Assembly: GCA_963818475.1 (NCBI GenBank)
Contig: CAWFSF010000006.1
Location: forward strand, 1,920,001-1,984,000
Reading direction: 5' to 3'
DNA from: Nitrospirota bacterium
GTDB lineage: Bacteria; Nitrospirota; UBA9217
Length of the DNA stretch: 64,000 nucleotides
This document shows positions 1-11,824 of the stretch, piece after piece (position 1 is the first letter of the stretch; each line of letters begins with the position of its first letter). The position numbers and the translations under genes were made by a program. The notes under the pieces are model-generated. The model saw only the letters and a list, made by a program, of their open reading frames with translations. It searched no databases and had not been told where the DNA came from.

Positions 1-2683
1 TCATCCTCATCAAGGTCGGCCCGAAGACGTGTAGTCATGTACGGTAAAAGTATTTTTCTGCCAATAAACGTCGCTATGTTTTGACCGCGAGCATAAGCAT
101 ACCAATCCGGTCGAGAGCTCCAAGTGCCGCGATCGCGATCACCGAGAATCTGTTTTTTCGATTTGAAATATGCCCATGTAAGAGGATAATCGTTCTGTAG
201 TGCATCGGAAGCAATAAGCTTGGCGTGGCCGTTTGAATCAACAAAGTAAGGATAAATAATATACAGCTGTGCTGATCTATCTGTCACATAACGTTTAACA
301 TGCTCACCCTTGACAACCGGTCGTAATATTGCCTGCTCAATTTCTATTATCTCATTAAGGCCATTAGTTACTCTGCAAATATTGCCTTTCTTTGACTGAC
401 GCGTCACCATGTATAACTTATCAGCGCTCGTCTTAAGGCCCTGAAAACAGTGTGGAGCGATACTATTCAGCAAAGGTAACTCGGACTGTAATCTTGTGAG
501 TAGGTTGCCGCCCGCACCCACGGCAATTGTCCATCGTTGCCCACCATGAGCAAGCTCTATTGAATTAAAATCAAAGTTACCCTCAGACAGCGCCTGCGAT
601 AACCCACTGGTTCCTTCACTTTTGTATATCGCCCCTAAGTGCGCGTAACGACAAATTTGGCTATCTTTGTGTTTCTGCAGCAAAAGTAAGTTTGTATAAG
701 TACCTGCACCCCTGAATATTTGAGCGTCTTCAAAATCTACGATATGATCAATGAGATTATTATCTGCAAGTAATCCGCGCAGACCTTCGCCATAATCTGT
801 TGTAAAGAACTTATTGGGAAGAATAAATCCGAGTCTTCCCTTCTCTTTTAAAAGAGAAACACCTCTCTCAACAAATAAAACATAAATATCATAAGTGGCG
901 GTCGCGGTGCGATAGTCCTGCGAATAATATTCTCGCATTTCTTCGCCTAGCGATTGACTGCGGATATACGGCGGATTCCCGATCACCGCATCGAAACCGC
1001 CAGCCTTCATGATCGCTGAAAACTCTTTATCCCAATCGAAAACATTGACGCGGTACCTGTCTTCATCGTCCAGCATGGTCTGCTGCTGATAGAAATCAGG
1101 TCCGATAAGCGAGTTGCCGCACTTGATGTTGTCGCCGAGATCGGGCAGCGCGCGTTCATGGAACATGCGAAGCTGGTTCGCGAGGGTCTGGTTGTTCTCG
1201 CCTTCGAGGACTTTGAGGAGCAGGGACAGCTTCGTCACTTCCACAGCCTGGGAGTCGATGTCCACGCCGTAGATGTTGTTCAGGAGGATGCGCTTTTTCT
1301 CCGATGTGGTGAGATTCCAATTCGGCGTGTTGGGATCGGGCGATGGGCCTTGATAAATTGAGGGCTGCTTTGTCTTTGCCCATTTTTCGGGTTCGTTTTC
1401 GATGTACCATTTCAAATGCCAGTCGAGAAGATATTGATATGCGCCGAGCAGGAACGAACCGGACCCGCAGGCCGGATCGAGGATCTTCAGTTTTTCGAAC
1501 TCTCCTTCGGCTTCTTGTCCTCGACCAGCTTCCCTCACCGTATTCTTGACGATGTAATCAACGATGTACTTCGGCGTGTAATAGACGCCGCCCGCTTTTC
1601 TGACCTCGGGCTTTTCCTCAACCTTCGCCTGATGTCCGGCGGTGAGGCGGATGACCTTGCCGAGGAACTGCTCGTACACCTGACCGAGGATGTCGGCGGA
1701 CAGCACGGAGAATTCGTACGGGCTTTCAGGATAGTAGAGCCGGTTGATGATGTCTTTAAGCGGCTTGTCGTCAATGGAGATGTTCGGGGTGAGTTTGTCC
1801 GGCTCCTCGTGCCGTTCCTTTTCCCGCTGAAAATGGAACAGGCCGGAATTATACCGGTCATCAGCCTGGCTGAAGAGCTGCACGAGCCGCTTGTAGACGT
1901 TCGTGCCGTTCAGCTGCATCTGGAGCCTGCCGTATTCCTCGATGCCCCGGTCTTCGCAGATTCGCAGGAACACGATGCGGTCGATGGTGCGCTGCACCGC
2001 AAAGTTCAGTTCCCGCGTGGTCAGGTCCGCATTCCGGAGCGCGATGTTCCTGGCGAGCATGTCGCGCCAGTCTTCGATCTCGGTCAGGAAGGCGTCATCA
2101 ACCGTTGCCGTCCCCTTCTTGAGCTTCGAGGACTCGGCATACTTGTCAAAGGAACCTTTAAGTACGGCTTCGCGGGAAAATATGTTGACGAGTTCATCCC
2201 ATTTAGCCGGATAGTCTTTATACGTGAAGTAGAGAACGCGGCCGGTTGAAGCCTTATCGGTCTGGACAGGTTTTATGCGGCAGTCGTAGACGGCGAATTC
2301 TTCGAAGTCGGTGAGGATGCTTAACGGCAGTTTTGCGGACCAGGCATAGCGCCTGAGTTGAAAGGCGGGACTGACATCGTCCTTGAGGTTGACCGAGGGC
2401 TTTTTCGCTTCAACAAAGAACTTCTTCACGCCGCCGATCCGGAAGCAGTAATCCGGGGCCTTGGTTGCGCCGCCGATCTTGATGGCGTCTTCGTGGATCA
2501 CATCCCTGTAGGCTTCGGCATAGCCCGCTTGTTGGTCATGTCCCAGCCGAGAGCGCCAAGGAACGGGTTGAGGAACTCCTGCCGGAGCTGCGTTTCGTTG
2601 TATTGCCCGCCTTTGTAGGTTTCAAGGTTCCGGTCAAAGCGTTCGATCAGTTCAGAGATTTCTTTCGGCAGCCCCATCATCAC
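1..2683 (-). CDS. Type IIG (Eco57I-like) restriction endonuclease-methyltransferase fusion; frameshifted near 2525 and 1530; runs off the window
   Basis: Manual minus-strand translation gives N-terminal NETQLRQEFLNPF and PDY...VEAKK (PD-(D/E)XK), GVYYTP, motif I ILDPACGSGSFL, motif IV FDAVIGNPPY, then an AT-richer C-terminal specificity region. Confidence 0.9.
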
Positions 2684-2797
2684 CCCACGAGCATTGGACT
2701 GAATTTATTCTCGAAAACTCTACTACAAGTGGCTGCAATTGTCCAGAAAAGAGACGTTGGGTGAGAAGAAAGATGAAAGAGGAGAGCACGCTGAGAC

Positions 2798-2841
2798 TTT
2801 TCCAGAAGTGCGACGGGAAAGCTGTTGAAATTATTTGAGCA
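2798..2841. repeat. 44-bp direct repeat, copy 1 (duplicate of the treY 3' end at 3363-3406)
   Basis: ttttccagaagtgcgacgggaaagctgttgaaattatttgagca vs ttttccagaagtgcgacgggaaagctgctgaatatatttgagca; 41 of 44 bases identical. Confidence 0.9.
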
Positions 2842-2964
2842 ATGTTCGCGTCGCCCGGCAGCCCGGTCGACGAAACACACTTGACACGAAACACACTTGC
2901 CACTTGTTTTTTTTATCCAGACCATATAATATAAATACATGCTACAGGAAGGGGGTGCGCTCAG

Positions 2965-3198
2965 GTGGGACATAAAGTGGCGGAAGCAATAATAGAAAAT
3001 GGGGAAATAACGTACGTGGATACCGAATTGCCCAAGGGCAAGATCACGGTCCGCATAATTTACGACACCGATGAGCAAAATGAGGAAACGGACGTGATGA
3101 CGCTCGTACGAGAAACAGCGGGGCTATACAAGAACATCGACGCGGACAGGGAAGCATCAAAGCTGAGAAATGATTGGGATCGTAATGACCGAAACTGA
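2965..3198 (+). CDS. Putative antitoxin (VapB-like/DUF104-like)
   Basis: 77 aa with EAIIENGEI N-terminus and acidic tail ending LRNDWDR; overlaps a PIN-domain start. Confidence 0.6.
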   Translation: MGHKVAEAIIENGEITYVDTELPKGKITVRIIYDTDEQNEETDVMTLVRETAGLYKNIDADREASKLRNDWDRNDRN

Positions 3199-3313
3199 CT
3201 ATCTGCTTGACACAAATATCCTCATTTACCATACCCAGGGATCACCTCAGGCAACAGCCCTTATCACCGACCTTCTTTCCCGCCGCTCTCTCAATCTCTC
3301 CGGATCAAAATAA
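3185..3313 (+). pseudogene. Truncated VapC/PIN toxin
   Basis: MTETDYLLDTNILIYHTQG carries the PIN N-terminal LLDTN motif and stops after 42 codons. Confidence 0.7.
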
Positions 3314-3349
3314 TGCCAAGAAGTGCTTTTCCCAGGAGATATTATTACG

Positions 3350-6327
3350 TCATACAGGAGTTTTTTCCAGAAGTGCGACGGGAAAGCTGCTGAATATATT
3401 TGAGCACAGTATGCCCTTTTCATCGCCCTCCGCATTCGTTGCAACGATTTCTCCGGTAAACACGTTCCGGTAGGATTCTCCTTGAACAGCTTCGGGCAGC
3501 ATGAGCATCGTATCCTCCCAAACCCCTTTGCCGAAGTGCGCTGCTCCGGCCCCCGGAATAAGATGGGTCATGAACCTCGGCACAACGACGATCGTCGACC
3601 CGCCGTTCCTTCGCCGCATAAAAGCGCAGACACATTCGGATTTAGGCCCTTTGGCGGCCAGTGGTAGATACTCGCCCTGGTCGTACAGCCCCCGATTGAC
3701 CCGCCGATGCGTCAGCGCTTTTTGAATAACGTATAATTTTATGCGGCCATCAACGGCGTTTTGTGTCAGTTCCCACGCAAGGGCCGCGCCGGTCATCTCC
3801 CGTTCTTCCCGCTTCAGCTCCTCAAAGATGCTGATCCGTTGTTCAAAATCCACGGGTCTGCGGTTGTCGGGGTCCACGAGGCTGAAATCCCACAGCTCAG
3901 TCCCCTGGTAGAAATCAGGAACGCCGGGTGAGCATATCTTGAGCAGCGTCTGGGACAGGGAGTTGTATCTCCCATAGTGGGAGATCATCTGCTGAAACGG
4001 CAGAAAGTCGTTCTGAAATCGATTTCCTTCCACGGGTGCGAGCAAGGCATGGACAAAAGAGACAAGCGCTTCCTCGTATTTTTCATTCGGGCTGATCCAA
4101 CTGGTGTGCACCTTTGATTCGCGGGAAGCCTTGAGCATATAGTCAGTGATCCGTCCGGTGAAGGCAGCACGGCCATGCTCGTCCATCTGGTTTACCGGCC
4201 AGGCGCCGATGAGCGTCTGGTACAAGAGGTACTCCTCGTTCCGGTCCGGCGCTTCAACGCCGTCTATTACGGTCTTTTTCTTTTTGTTCATCCGCGCCCA
4301 AACCCGAATGCGTTCTCCCCATACGCGGGGGATCTCCGACAAGACGTTTATCCGGGCGCGAACATCCTCGCCCCGCTTCGTGTCGTGTGTAGCGGTCGTT
4401 ATGAGCGCATGCGGCCAGTTTTTTTCGCGCTCAATGTTTTGGCCATGAAAAGTTTCCAGTGGCGTGCCGAATCGCTCCGGCATACCGCCCACCTCGTTAA
4501 GAGAAACAAGCCGGTTATACACATAGAAGGCCGTGTCCTCGACGCCTTTTGCCATAACCGGCCCGGTGATCTGCTGGAACCGCATCACGAAGTCGAGCCA
4601 TGCGGCCTTATCTTCATTTTTCTGCTCGCCCGGAAACCGGAGCAGCAGTACATCCTTCAGAAAATCAAAGATCGATCCGCTAATGGCCGGATTCTTTTTT
4701 TTCGCCCGCGCGATTGAATGCTCGATCACCTGGCGGTCTCTATCCGAAACGGTCCAGGTATTCGTGTACGTTCGATAGACGGGAAAGCAGGCAATCACCT
4801 CGGTAATGGCGCTGCTCAGACTGTTCAGGGTGAAGTCCCTTGTGTGGCGGTTCCTCTCCGAAAGGTCGTTCAAATAATGTCCCAGGGTATTTACTTCGCT
4901 CGCCATGGCCACCTGCATGACGAGTTTCTTCTTCTCGTACATCACTTCGGGAACGTGCAATTTTCGCACGAATGAATTTTTCATAGATCCGGTCAAAGGC
5001 CTTTGTCCTTTCGCCATCAACGAAAATTCCGTTCAAGGAATTGAGGAACACATAGCCTGTGGTGCTGAAGATCGGCCAGTCCTCGGGCATGCGTTCGCTC
5101 TTCGTCAGGATCTTCTCACCAACGATGTAAAAGGGCCGGTAGGCAGGATCGGCAAGGACCACCTCATCGTACCGCTCACCGAGTTCGCGCTCTGTTTCAG
5201 GTGCTGCTTCGCCAGGTCCAACCATCTGCCTGATGAAGCAGCCGCGCTGGAGCCGGTGAAAATATTCCACGGGATTAAAGAGTCCGTCCGGGTGGTCCAC
5301 CCTCAGTCCCGTCACGCTGCTGTCGCCGATCAGCCGAAAAATAAGCTGGTGGGCAGCATGGAAGACGTCGTACTGCTCCATACGTATGGCGCCCAAGCCG
5401 TTGATGTCGAAGAACCTGCGATAGTTGATCTCCTCCGTGGCCACGCGCCAGTGGGAAAGGCGGAAAATCTGTTCGCCAAGCAAGCGGTCGAGAAGATCAA
5501 AGCTCCGGGGATCTCCCTTGTTCCCGTTCAGGAGCCGGACGTTCTCGGTGATGTGCTCCATGACCTTGCCGGACAGTTTCGCGAGAGCAGATAGCCGGCG
5601 TTTGATCACTTCTTTTTCCCGACGACGTTCCTCGGCCTTCGCGGGATCGGTTTCCGTATACGGACGGCAGGTTTTTGAGCGCGGTGACGATGCTTAGATA
5701 CTCTTCATAATTCTGACCTTCATCTGCCATACTTTGCATCAACTCCTCGATCCGATGTTCGAGGAGTATTGAATACGTCTGAGGACTCAGCGGGAACCGG
5801 TGATCAACATAAGAGATGTAAAATGCCCCTTCGGTGAACGAAAGCGTCAATTCCCCGTTTTCGAGGACATCGCCGTACTGATCCCCAAGCACTGGAAAGA
5901 GCACCTTCTGGTTAAGTTCTTTTTTTACCGGCGTCCAGTCGATATCGAAGTAAGAGGCATAGGGAGAGCTCGGACCATTCTCGAGCACGTCCATCCACCA
6001 GGCGTTGTCCGTACATTCGACGCACATATGATTCGGCACGATATCGAGTACCTGTCCCATGCCATGGCGTTTCAGCTCGGCGATCATTGCGTAATAATCT
6101 TCTTCGGTTCCAACCTCGGGATTGAACAAATTGTGGTCTGTTATATCATAGCCGTGCAGACTCCCCGGTTTTGCCGCAAAGTAAGGCGAGGCATAGATGT
6201 CCGTGATGCCGAGATCGTGAAGGTACGCAATGATCCTCGTTGCGTCGCGAAACGTGAACGACCGGTTGAACTGGAGCCGGTAGGTCGAGCCGGGAATTTT
6301 GGGATCAGGAAGATGGACGATATCCAT
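3350..6327 (-). CDS. treY: Malto-oligosyltrehalose synthase (two frameshifts, near 5660 and 4960)
   Basis: STYRLQF, DIVPNHM, INYRRFFDIN, GLRVDHPDGL, THDTKRGED, PGVPDFYQG and LVDPDNRRPVD spread over three ORFs. Confidence 0.95.
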
Positions 6328-6355
6328 TCCATTCCTTTCATCCTTAAAAAAGCAT

Positions 6356-6629
6356 TTGGACACGGATTAACACGGATAAGTGCCGGATAACGGCGGATTA
6401 TTTCTTTTATAAGAGGTTCACCCAATAGGTGAATGCTTTGCTTTAGAATTTATCCGCGTTAATCAGATGTTTCCGATTCTTCCGTGTCCAACTGCCGTTT
6501 TTAGGTTCATGGTAAACGATCGTAACTGCCCAGGTTGGCCGCAAAAGAACGCAAAGAACTCAAAGGAAAACCCAAAATCGTGTATTTCAGTTTTAAATTC
6601 TGTGCGTTCCTTGCGTTCTTTCGCGGCTA
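6356..6629. repeat. Two palindromic intergenic elements with tandem-unit arms
   Basis: ggacacggattaacacggat...atccgcgttaatc..tccgtgtcc and gccgcaaaagaacgcaaagaactcaaag...tgcgttccttgcgttctttcgcggc. Confidence 0.8.
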
Positions 6630-6647
6630 TTCGGTTTTGCCCTCGCG

Positions 6648-9156
6648 TTACGCATTTCCCGTTGTGGACTGAGCCGGCGGGTTCAAATGCGCCACGGAGG
6701 ACGGCGCTTCTCGCTTTTTCAGCACCTCGCCGACATTGAAGGAGAGCTGCTCACCCAGGTTGGTGAAGCTCTCAACCCATACGTGCGCAGCATCGTCGCC
6801 GGCGGACGCGCGGGTGGCGAATTCGGTATATGCCGTTTTCGTCATTCTGAAGTACGTATTCTGGACCTGCCAGTACACCACGTCGACAGGCACGGTTTGC
6901 AGAAGCACCATCGCTTCCGCAAGCTCGCGGAGAAGGCCTGCGTCCCCGGGATTTCCCTCGAGACGGTCCATCACTCCGCTCCATGTGGCGCCTGACGACA
7001 AATTCAGTGTTCACGGGGTCCGCGGCCACGTCCCAGCGTTTCATCTCGTCGGCGATCGTCTTGAGGCGCTCCAGGTTTACCGTCTCCTCCGCAAACGCCT
7101 TCTGCATGTCCGTGTTCAGAATGAATTCGGCGACAGCGAGGAAGGCCTTCGGCAGAGGCATACCCGTCTCCCGGAGGAATCCCATGAGCGCCCGGCTGTC
7201 GTCGTACATGCGGCGGTAGGACGTTTCGAAATCCTCCCGCGTGCTGTCGATAAGCAGGTTCAGCACCTTCCGCTGTTTATCCCGGAAGAGGTCGCGGATC
7301 GAGTAGTTGTTCACGCCGAAATGCTTGTCCATCAGCCTGACAACGTCCGCAAAGTCGCCGGATTCGAATGCTGCGCCGATCTCCTGTTTCATGGCCTGGT
7401 ACGACTCGTCTCCCTGAAACGCACCCACGCCGCAATTCAGCGAGTGATTGCCGAGATGGAGGACCGCAAAACTGACGCGCTCGGATTTTTTCGTGATGCC
7501 CGAAATGACGGAAGCACGACCGACAGCCAGCTTCGTCCTCCCTGCGTCCGTCCTCTGATAATCCTCCCGCAGGACATCGTAACAGTAAATGGCCGTGCGG
7601 TCGCCGTAGTCCTCGAACAGGGAGCTCACGGCATAGTGGACTGCCGTTTTCATGAGGTCTACCATCACGGGCCTGACGAACTTCTCGTATACCCTCGCAC
7701 CGTCCCCATGGTCAGTAACATTGCTCTTCGCTTCCTTGAGAACATCGAGAAAGCCCGGTTCCAGGTTCTCGCCCGAAAGGCCTTCCCAGAGCTGGATCGA
7801 CCGGGCCGCGTATTGCATGACCTGGACGGTCTCGATGCCCGAAAGCTCGTCGAAGAACCATCCGCAACTCGTGTACATGAGCAGGGCGTGGCGCTGGAGC
7901 TCGAGCAGCCTGAGCGCCTTCGACCGCTCTTCCTCGCCGAGCTCCCGCACGGCGTGACGCTTGAAGAACGCGTCCACGTTCCCCTCCGACCGGTCGAGGA
8001 CCACCTCGATGTATTCGTCCCGCGCGAGCCAGGGGTCCTTCAGGTACCGCCTCCCCTCTTCCTCGAACCGGATCGCGAGGTCGTCCCGGAGCCGGTCCAG
8101 CGCCAGGCGCAGCGGCGCCCGCCACTCCTGGTTCCAGCCGGGATGGCCGCCGGAGTTGCAGCCGCAGTTGCTTTTCCAGCGCTCGATGCCGTGGACGCAG
8201 CTCCATGACGTGTTCTCGATGATCTCCGCCTCGTGGTCGGGCGGGTGCTTGGCGAGATACTCGCCGTAATTCGTGAGCTTCGCGAGGCCGCCGGTTTCGA
8301 TGTGGTGAAGGGCGTAGGCGAGGGCCATGTCGCCGAACTTCTGGTGGTGCCCGTAGGTTTCTCCGTCGGTTGCGATGTGAAGGAGCTGGGGCCATTGTCT
8401 CTCGTCGGAAAATCCTCCCATGAGACGGCCCGCAAAGTCCTCTCCCTGGGTGAGCAGCCGTTCGAACGCCACGGCACGGGAGATCGGGCCGTCATAGAAG
8501 AACAGGACGATCTCCTTGCCGGACGCCAGCCTGCACAGATAGGGCCGTGTAGGGTCGACGGTCGCGCCGCTTACGTCCTCCCACTCTTCACTGCCAACCG
8601 CCCGTATGCGTGAAGCCTGATGGGGCGCGAGGATGGTGAATTTTATCCCGGCCTCGGCAAGAATATTCAGCGTCTCCAGGTCCACCGCAGTCTCGGGCAG
8701 CCACATACCTTCGGGAGCGCGCTGGAACCGTCGCTCGAAGTCCCTGATTCCCCAAAGGACCTGGGTCTTCTTGTCGCGGCCGTTCGCAAGCGGCATGATG
8801 ACGTGATTGTACGCCTGGGCGATGGCGCTGCCGTGGCCCGAAAACCGCTCCCTGCTCTGCCGGTCCGCTTCGAGTATTGCCTGGTACGCATCGGGCGCCG
8901 CGCTCTCCATCCACGACAGGAGCGTGGGGCCGTAGTTAAAGCTGATCTTCGCGTAATTGCTCGAAATGTCGATGATCCGCTGGTCCCCGTCCAGGAGCCG
9001 CGCAGCCGAGTTCGGGGCGTAACATTCCGCCGTGATGCGCTCGTTCCAGTTGTGGTACGGGTGGGCCGAGTCCTGGATCTCGATCGCCTCAAGCCAGGGG
9101 TTTTCACGCGGCGGCTGGTAGAAGTGGCCGTGGATGCAGATATATCGTTCCATCAT
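6648..9156 (-). CDS. GH57 family glycoside hydrolase with DUF3536 (frameshift near 6985)
   Basis: IHGHFYQPPRENPW, GMWLPETAVD, ATDGETYGHH, SWSCVHG, MYTSCGWFFD. Confidence 0.92.
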
Positions 9157-9171
9157 TTTTCCTTCCCAGCG

Positions 9172-9657
9172 GAATAGACCGCAATGTCAAAAACTTGTTT
9201 TCTCCCCCCATACCCACCTGTGCAGTTTGTCACCTTTCTTGCGTGCCCAAGAAAGGTGACCCAAAGAAGGGCACCCGGCGAAAATTCTTAACGCCATGCT
9301 CGGTCGTCCTCGGTACATTTCGGAAACTCGCCCTTCGGGCTCAGACAGTCCGAAATGCTTCACCCTCGGACTCGGTCGCCTGGCTAAATTTTCTTATGGG
9401 ACTGCTCTTAAGTCTTTACCCAAACCCCCGCACGTCCCCGGAGCGGACCTACGAAATTTTGGGGCACACGTCTTGGCCTAAGGAAGCGTCCCGCAGGGCG
9501 AACGCGCACTGTCTGAGGCCGCAGGCCGAGTTTGCGCGGTCGAGCGAACGTGGCCTTAGACGGGTCCAAAATTTCGCCTGCACTCTGCGAGTGTTAAGGC
9601 CGCGAAGGGGATGTGCAAACAACCCCTTCATTCTTGAGACAGCACCGAATAGACCGC
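9172..9657. mobile_element. ~465-bp non-coding insertion flanked by the 11-bp direct repeat gaatagaccgc
   Basis: Direct repeat at 9172-9182 and 9647-9657; internal hairpins gtcacctttcttg/caagaaaggtgac and aaactcgcc..ctcagacagt/actgtctgag..gccgagttt. Confidence 0.65.
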
Positions 9658-11474
9658 TATGCTGTGACCGCGCAGGTGGTGACCGCATCGCCATTCCCAA
9701 GCCTCCCGGGAAGTATTGCGCCGGGACCTTCCCACATGCCGTCGCCGGAGTCCAGGATCTTTTCCCACGGCCCTTCAGGGAGCGTTGCCTGGAACGAGAC
9801 GTCGCTGGCCATGAAGTTGAGCAGTACGCATACACGGCTTTTTCCGTCACCGCTCCTCCGCAGCATGGTCAGGACCTTCTCCGCCGCGCAGTCCCGGACC
9901 TCGGTCCGTTCCCGTTCGAGCTCGAAGAGCGCGGGCGTTCCCGTTCGCAGGGCTATAAGCTGCTTGTAGAATCGCAACAGCGTTCCATGGCTGCCTTTTG
10001 TCCGCTCTTCCCAATGAAGCTCCGATGCGAGGAAGGTCCCTTCGTCCTGGGGGTCAGGCGGCTCGCCCTCCCATCCGAAGGCCCTGAACTTCTCTTTTCT
10101 GCCCTTGCGCACCGCCTCGATCAAACCTGGATCTGCATGGCTGACGAAATAGAGAAACGGCGCCGTTTCCCCGTATTCCTCTCCCATGAACAGAAGCGGC
10201 AGATAAGGCGAGAGGATCACGCAGCCTGCCGCCAGTTTCAGCGCTTCGAAGGACACGAGGCTCGACAGCCGCTCTCCTTGCATACGGTTTCCCACCTGGT
10301 CGTGGTTCTGTGAAAATACGACGAACTGCCGGGCAGGCCGGTCTTTCGAGGAACTGCCGTGCCTCCGCTTCCGAAAGGGAGAATACTGGCCCGAGTAGAC
10401 AAATCCGTCGCGATAGGCCTTTTCCATCTGATCGATCGTGCCGAAATCCTCGTAATATCCGCTCTTCTCACCCGTGAGCAGCGTACGGAGGCAGTGATGA
10501 AAGTCATCGTTCCACTGGGCATCGAGTCCGTGGCCGCCGAGTTCAACAGGACTTATGACCCGTACGTCGTTCAGATCGCTCTCGGGGATCACGTAGATGT
10601 GCCTGCCGAGTTCTCCTGCCCGCGCATGCACCGCCTCTCCCAGTTCCCGGAGAACATGCTTTGCGCTGAAATCGAAGATGCCATGGATGGCGTCGATCCT
10701 GAGGGCGTCCAGGTGATAGTCCGTGACCCATGACAGGGCATTCTGAATGAAAAAGTTCCTCACCTCGTCGCTGTATGGCCCGTCGAAGTTGATCGCATCA
10801 CCCCAGGGCGTTTTATACCTGTCGGTAAAATAGGGACCATAGTCCCAGAGATAGTTCCCTTCCGGTCCCAGGTGGTTGTAGACCACATCGAGGATCACGG
10901 CCATGCCCCGCTTATGGCATGCGTCCACGAGACGTTTCAGGCCCTCCGGGCCGCCGTAGGAATTCTGCACTGCGAAGGGATAGACGCCGTCGTAACCCCA
11001 GTTCCGCACTCCGGGGAATTGGGCCACGGGCATGAGTTCCACTGCCGTGATCCCAAGCTCCCTGAGCGCGTCGAGACGCGGGATGATTGCTTCGAACGTT
11101 CCCTCGCGTGTGAACGTTCCCGTGTGAAGCTCGTACATGATCATCGACGAAAGCGCGAGGCCGTTCCACCCTTTATCCGTCCAGCTGAACGCGGTATGGT
11201 CCACCACTTCCGACGGCCCGTGCACCCCCGCGGGCTGGTATCGTGAGGCGGGGTCAGGCCGATCCCGGTCGTTTTCCAGACGAAAGACATACCGCGCACC
11301 AGGCCCGATTCCCTGCACCATCGCCTTCCAGTAGCCCTCTGCATCGCGGGCCATCGGGACGATCTGATCAGCAGGAGCAATGATCTTCACCTCCACACGC
11401 TCGCGCAACGGTGCCCAGACGCGGAAGATGCAGGCCCCGGTCCTGCGGTCATACATGGCGCCAATCCCCTTCAT
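9657..11474 (-). CDS. treZ: Malto-oligosyltrehalose trehalohydrolase
   Basis: FRVWAP, YELHTGTFT, WGYDGV, DVVYNHLGPEGNY, LRIDAIH, QNHDQVGNR. Confidence 0.95.
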   Translation of the reverse strand: MKGIGAMYDRRTGACIFRVWAPLRERVEVKIIAPADQIVPMARDAEGYWKAMVQGIGPGARYVFRLENDRDRPDPASRYQPAGVHGPSEVVDHTAFSWTDKGWNGLALSSMIMYELHTGTFTREGTFEAIIPRLDALRELGITAVELMPVAQFPGVRNWGYDGVYPFAVQNSYGGPEGLKRLVDACHKRGMAVILDVVYNHLGPEGNYLWDYGPYFTDRYKTPWGDAINFDGPYSDEVRNFFIQNALSWVTDYHLDALRIDAIHGIFDFSAKHVLRELGEAVHARAGELGRHIYVIPESDLNDVRVISPVELGGHGLDAQWNDDFHHCLRTLLTGEKSGYYEDFGTIDQMEKAYRDGFVYSGQYSPFRKRRHGSSSKDRPARQFVVFSQNHDQVGNRMQGERLSSLVSFEALKLAAGCVILSPYLPLLFMGEEYGETAPFLYFVSHADPGLIEAVRKGRKEKFRAFGWEGEPPDPQDEGTFLASELHWEERTKGSHGTLLRFYKQLIALRTGTPALFELERERTEVRDCAAEKVLTMLRRSGDGKSRVCVLLNFMASDVSFQATLPEGPWEKILDSGDGMWEGPGAILPGRLGNGDAVTTCAVTA

Positions 11475-11640
11475 ACTGAACAGGTCCTCTCAATCTTCCG
11501 CCCCGCCTTGGGAACGACCACGATGCCTCCCCGTCGACATGGTACTTACCCTCCCGGCGGTCGCGCTCATGGTCGAAACCGATCGACGAGCCCTCGAGAA
11601 TCACATTAAACTTGCCCACGATCACCCTCTTCAGGCGGCA
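11471..11640 (-). pseudogene. glgC: C-terminal remnant of glucose-1-phosphate adenylyltransferase
   Basis: Translates as RLKRVIVGKFNVILEGSSIGFDHERDRREGKYHVD-GIVVVPK, like the GlgC C-terminus; its TGA overlaps the treZ ATG. Confidence 0.7.
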
Positions 11641-11650
11641 CCCTTTTTTG

Positions 11651-11741
11651 AACCGCGAATGAACGCGAATTCACGCGAACTAAATGAAAGTAATAAGTAC
11701 TGCTTTTTGATTAGCGTTTATTCGCGTACATTCGCGGCTAA
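11651..11741. repeat. Palindromic element with tandem cgcgaat arms (second copy at 40076-40147)
   Basis: aaccgcgaatgaacgcgaat...attcgcgtacattcgcggct. Confidence 0.8.
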
Positions 11742-11824
11742 ATAAATCCGTGGCTCCCGGCGTATCCGGAATCAGTCCTGCCGTGTCAAAGATATTGAAC
11801 CGGTCTTGTTTTACTGTTCGTAAT

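Noticed and set aside
1416-2249. 277-aa plus-strand ORF
   Set aside because: It is antisense to the R-M gene, which carries the real motifs.
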